The notes beneath the pieces are model-generated. The model saw nothing but the letters and a program-made list of their open reading frames with translations. It did not search any database and was not told where the DNA came from. A stretch of DNA of 64,000 nt, taken from contig JALDZS010000088.1 of NCBI GenBank assembly GCA_022813965.1, positions 1 through 64,000 on the forward strand, given 5' to 3'. A program made the translations under genes and the position numbers. Every line of letters starts with the position of its first letter. Within the stretch, counting starts at the first letter, position 1. Source of the DNA: Toensbergia leucococca (lineage: Eukaryota). Positions 61,474 through 64,000 of the stretch are shown here, piece by piece.

Positions 61474-62132
61474 GATTCGAGATCCAGAATCCTTGCCTCA
61501 GTCTATCAGTTCTCCCGTTACTGAAAACCTTGTTGCATTTGTTTTTCATGGAGAGAGACTTGCAATCAAAGACATGACATGTGAACGCAAACAAGCATCG
61601 ATGCGCAGCCATACCTCTGTATCCTCTCAAGTAAAGTGGCTCACAATATCCAGCTAACAGCTCCAGGCGTTGACCCTGTGTACTCTATGTGTTTGTCTAC
61701 TACTGAGCTACGCAGCATAGCACCCCGGCTTTGAGAACGCTATCACGTCAGTACGGGCATGGAGCACTTTTCAACCTTGATACATGATCCAAGACAGGTC
61801 GGCTCAAGAGTCTAGGGTCATTATCCTCTTCAAGTGCCATGGATGGAGAGTCATCAGGAAATTTAGATTCATTACTCATTCTTCATGAAATAACCTCAAT
61901 TATTCGTATTAAAAGAATAAATGATTTTAGTCGATTTAGGTTAATACCTACTAAGACGCAGCGACTTCGTGCAGGAAACCATCAAGGTAGGTATGTATCA
62001 CATCCTAATAAAGTCATAATTCCAATAGCCATAAACATGCCTTTCTCTCTCATCCCATGTTCTCACATGGTGTGTACTTCACACCCTTCAGTCTCTAATA
62101 TCTCTCTTCCACAAAATCCAACTCGCCTACTT

Positions 62133-63422
62133 TCACGTCATCCAACGAGCATCGAAGCTTGCTTGAAGAATGTCATAGGCCGTATCGAAGTGAGGTAACA
62201 AGGAGTCCAAGTCCAACTTTTCAAAGCCCAACATCCACACGAAGATCGTGAGCTTCTGATTACCGATGACAGGAGCGGAGACTTCGAACCATCGCGAAGG
62301 CTTTGGATGCTTGCGGAGTGCTGCGTAGCGAATTCCCGTGCTAATTGGGGATAGTTTCCCGCCAATGATTCGGAACGAACATCGCTTTTCAAGTACAGGA
62401 AATACGATTTCCATCGGTTTCGCAAAGAAAAGTTCCGGATCATCTTGGTGGATACTCAGATGAACAGTAAATTTTCTGATCAATGTCGCGTTCGTTGACC
62501 CAATGCTAGCAAGGAATGTTCTCAATGGCTGGGACAGGTAGAAACTACTGTATTCTTGAGTGTCTCTGAACGAATAGTAAACCTCTGTGGTAAAGCGGCA
62601 GGTGCTGTATATGCAGTCGAGAAGTTCCCCAGCAAGTTGATGGTTTACTAGCAGTGCTCCCATCATTGTGCCACGATATATTTCGTCGTGGTTGTACTTA
62701 ATTCTATTCAGATGAGAGTTGTTGAAATCATGGAAACGTGGAGCAACGTAAGCATAAATCTTCTGCCGAACCTCCAATGGTAAGATTGCAAGAAAGTTGA
62801 CACGGCTGGTCGTTTTTCGATACTGGCAGATCAATCGGTTCATCTCCTCTATCGCTAGACTGCTTGGCGGTGCATTGGGCAAGAAAGTGATAGCCACGCC
62901 GATCAAGCCATGCAATTCGAAGCAAGAAGCGCGTCTATCAATATGAAAGAACAACGTAAGATCTTTGACCTTTCGCTTTGGGGAACCGTCACCTAGGCAT
63001 TCTAGCAGTTCGGTAGTCGTCTTAAAATTTCTCAACATCGAATATTGGTCGACGTGACAGCGAATCTTCCTTATGTACCCAACATTGTTTCGACCGATCT
63101 TGCTCAAGACACATCTGGCGACATCACAACCGTCGTTTAATCCTTGGAAGAGGGAATAGAATTCAAATGTAGTGGTGGAGTACATTTGTGCTCTCATCTC
63201 GTTGGCAAGACGTGGAAACGCAAGAATAAGGGACAGTAAAGGATGCTGAGGCCAGTCAAAGTCTCTAGCGTTGCTAGGATTGAAGAACAAAAGTTTCGTT
63301 GGAAGCAGGTGTGCGTAGATCTTCGACCGAGCCATGGGAGGTAGGAGACAAAGTTTTCCTTGAAACAGAGAGGAGTCCATCTTTGGACAGTAGTTGTGTG
63401 GAAGTGTAATGGCAAACGGCAT
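62133..63422 (-). CDS. Hypothetical protein with two tandem F-box-like-headed domains
   Basis: Intronless 429 aa. Two units: LCLLPPMARSKIYAHLL...LANEMRAQMYS.TTF...LSKIGRNNVGYIRKI and FLAILPLEVRQKIYAYV...LAGELLDCIYS.CRF...LASIGSTNATLIRKF. Confidence 0.72.
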   Translation of the reverse strand: MPFAITLPHNYCPKMDSSLFQGKLCLLPPMARSKIYAHLLPTKLLFFNPSNARDFDWPQHPLLSLILAFPRLANEMRAQMYSTTTFEFYSLFQGLNDGCDVARCVLSKIGRNNVGYIRKIRCHVDQYSMLRNFKTTTELLECLGDGSPKRKVKDLTLFFHIDRRASCFELHGLIGVAITFLPNAPPSSLAIEEMNRLICQYRKTTSRVNFLAILPLEVRQKIYAYVAPRFHDFNNSHLNRIKYNHDEIYRGTMMGALLVNHQLAGELLDCIYSTCRFTTEVYYSFRDTQEYSSFYLSQPLRTFLASIGSTNATLIRKFTVHLSIHQDDPELFFAKPMEIVFPVLEKRCSFRIIGGKLSPISTGIRYAALRKHPKPSRWFEVSAPVIGNQKLTIFVWMLGFEKLDLDSLLPHFDTAYDILQASFDARWMT

Positions 63423-64000
63423 GCCGGTCTAATATAGAGACGTCCACGCCGTAACATGAATGAGCAGGTCTTTATGAATCTTCCCATGAATAGTGAAGAA
63501 ACGCAGAGACTACTATTTTGAGTAGAAGTGAATCCTGGAATCAACGTAACAGATACATGTGAATCAATAGCATAAGCTTTCAAAATTGCAATTTATATAG
63601 AACAGATCTGAATGCAACCTATTGACCGAGTCCTTGAAGACAATGTCGAAAACGAAGTGTGAAGACACACTAGTATTGTGTCTCAAATTGGTATATTGAA
63701 TAGCTTGTGTTATATGCACAGTGAACGATTCTCATGTTTTCTTACATGAACTCAGCATCAATACATTAGTATAAACACCACCAACGTAGTTGTGTCCCAA
63801 GGGGAAATTGTTATAGGACAAACCTCCTTCTGCTTATTATACAAGCACTTGAGGAGCGACGAATGGAAGGAGAGGCGTAAGTTGCACGAGTAAGTCGGAA
63901 TTTTAGGGTCCCTTGCATTGGTGAAAGTCGCAACGACGAGTTCGGATATTGAAAACAATCGTGATCCTGTACAACGGAGAGTTGTGCTAGCCAGAGCATG

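Noticed and set aside
1..64000. tRNA, rRNA, CRISPR arrays and operons
   Set aside because: GGTTCGA hits (for example about 3810, 11052, 22996) lack cloverleaf context. There are no regularly spaced repeat-spacer arrays, and the sequence is eukaryotic.

Overview
Eukaryotic DNA from a filamentous ascomycete (Pezizomycotina): short GT-AG introns with CTAAC/CTGAC-type branch points and fungal gene families. The exact taxon cannot be determined from the window. Apparently intact genes: a secreted PEBP-family protein, a conserved hypothetical membrane protein, a Mad1-like CFEM/GPI adhesin, an Ifh1/Crf1-like coactivator, a GH45 subfamily-C-like endoglucanase, a Psk1/S6K-like AGC kinase, a PPR-like protein, a PARP-type zinc-finger protein, a ZNFX1-like helicase, a small CHZ-motif protein, a Pro-rich hypothetical protein, a BTB protein, SEC11 and a tandem F-box-like protein. 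About 15.2-30.9 kb has no intact gene that I can find. It holds decayed relics: Ty3/Gypsy fragments, a UIM-like relic, unidentified relics and a 2OG-Fe(II) oxygenase pseudogene. Most notable observations: (i) a ZNFX1-like helicase with an N-terminal CCCH finger, a probable GC-AG first intron and a shortened RZ finger lacking the GECG cysteine; (ii) an F-box/LRR gene broken only by two in-frame TAG codons and abutting a fragment of NLR-type ankyrin repeats; (iii) adhesin repeats that duplicated together with their introns, plus a CFEM Asp-to-His change; (iv) recurrent C/A-rich to G/T-rich skew inversions. All family assignments come from motif recognition by eye, not from database searches. No tRNA, rRNA or CRISPR array was found.
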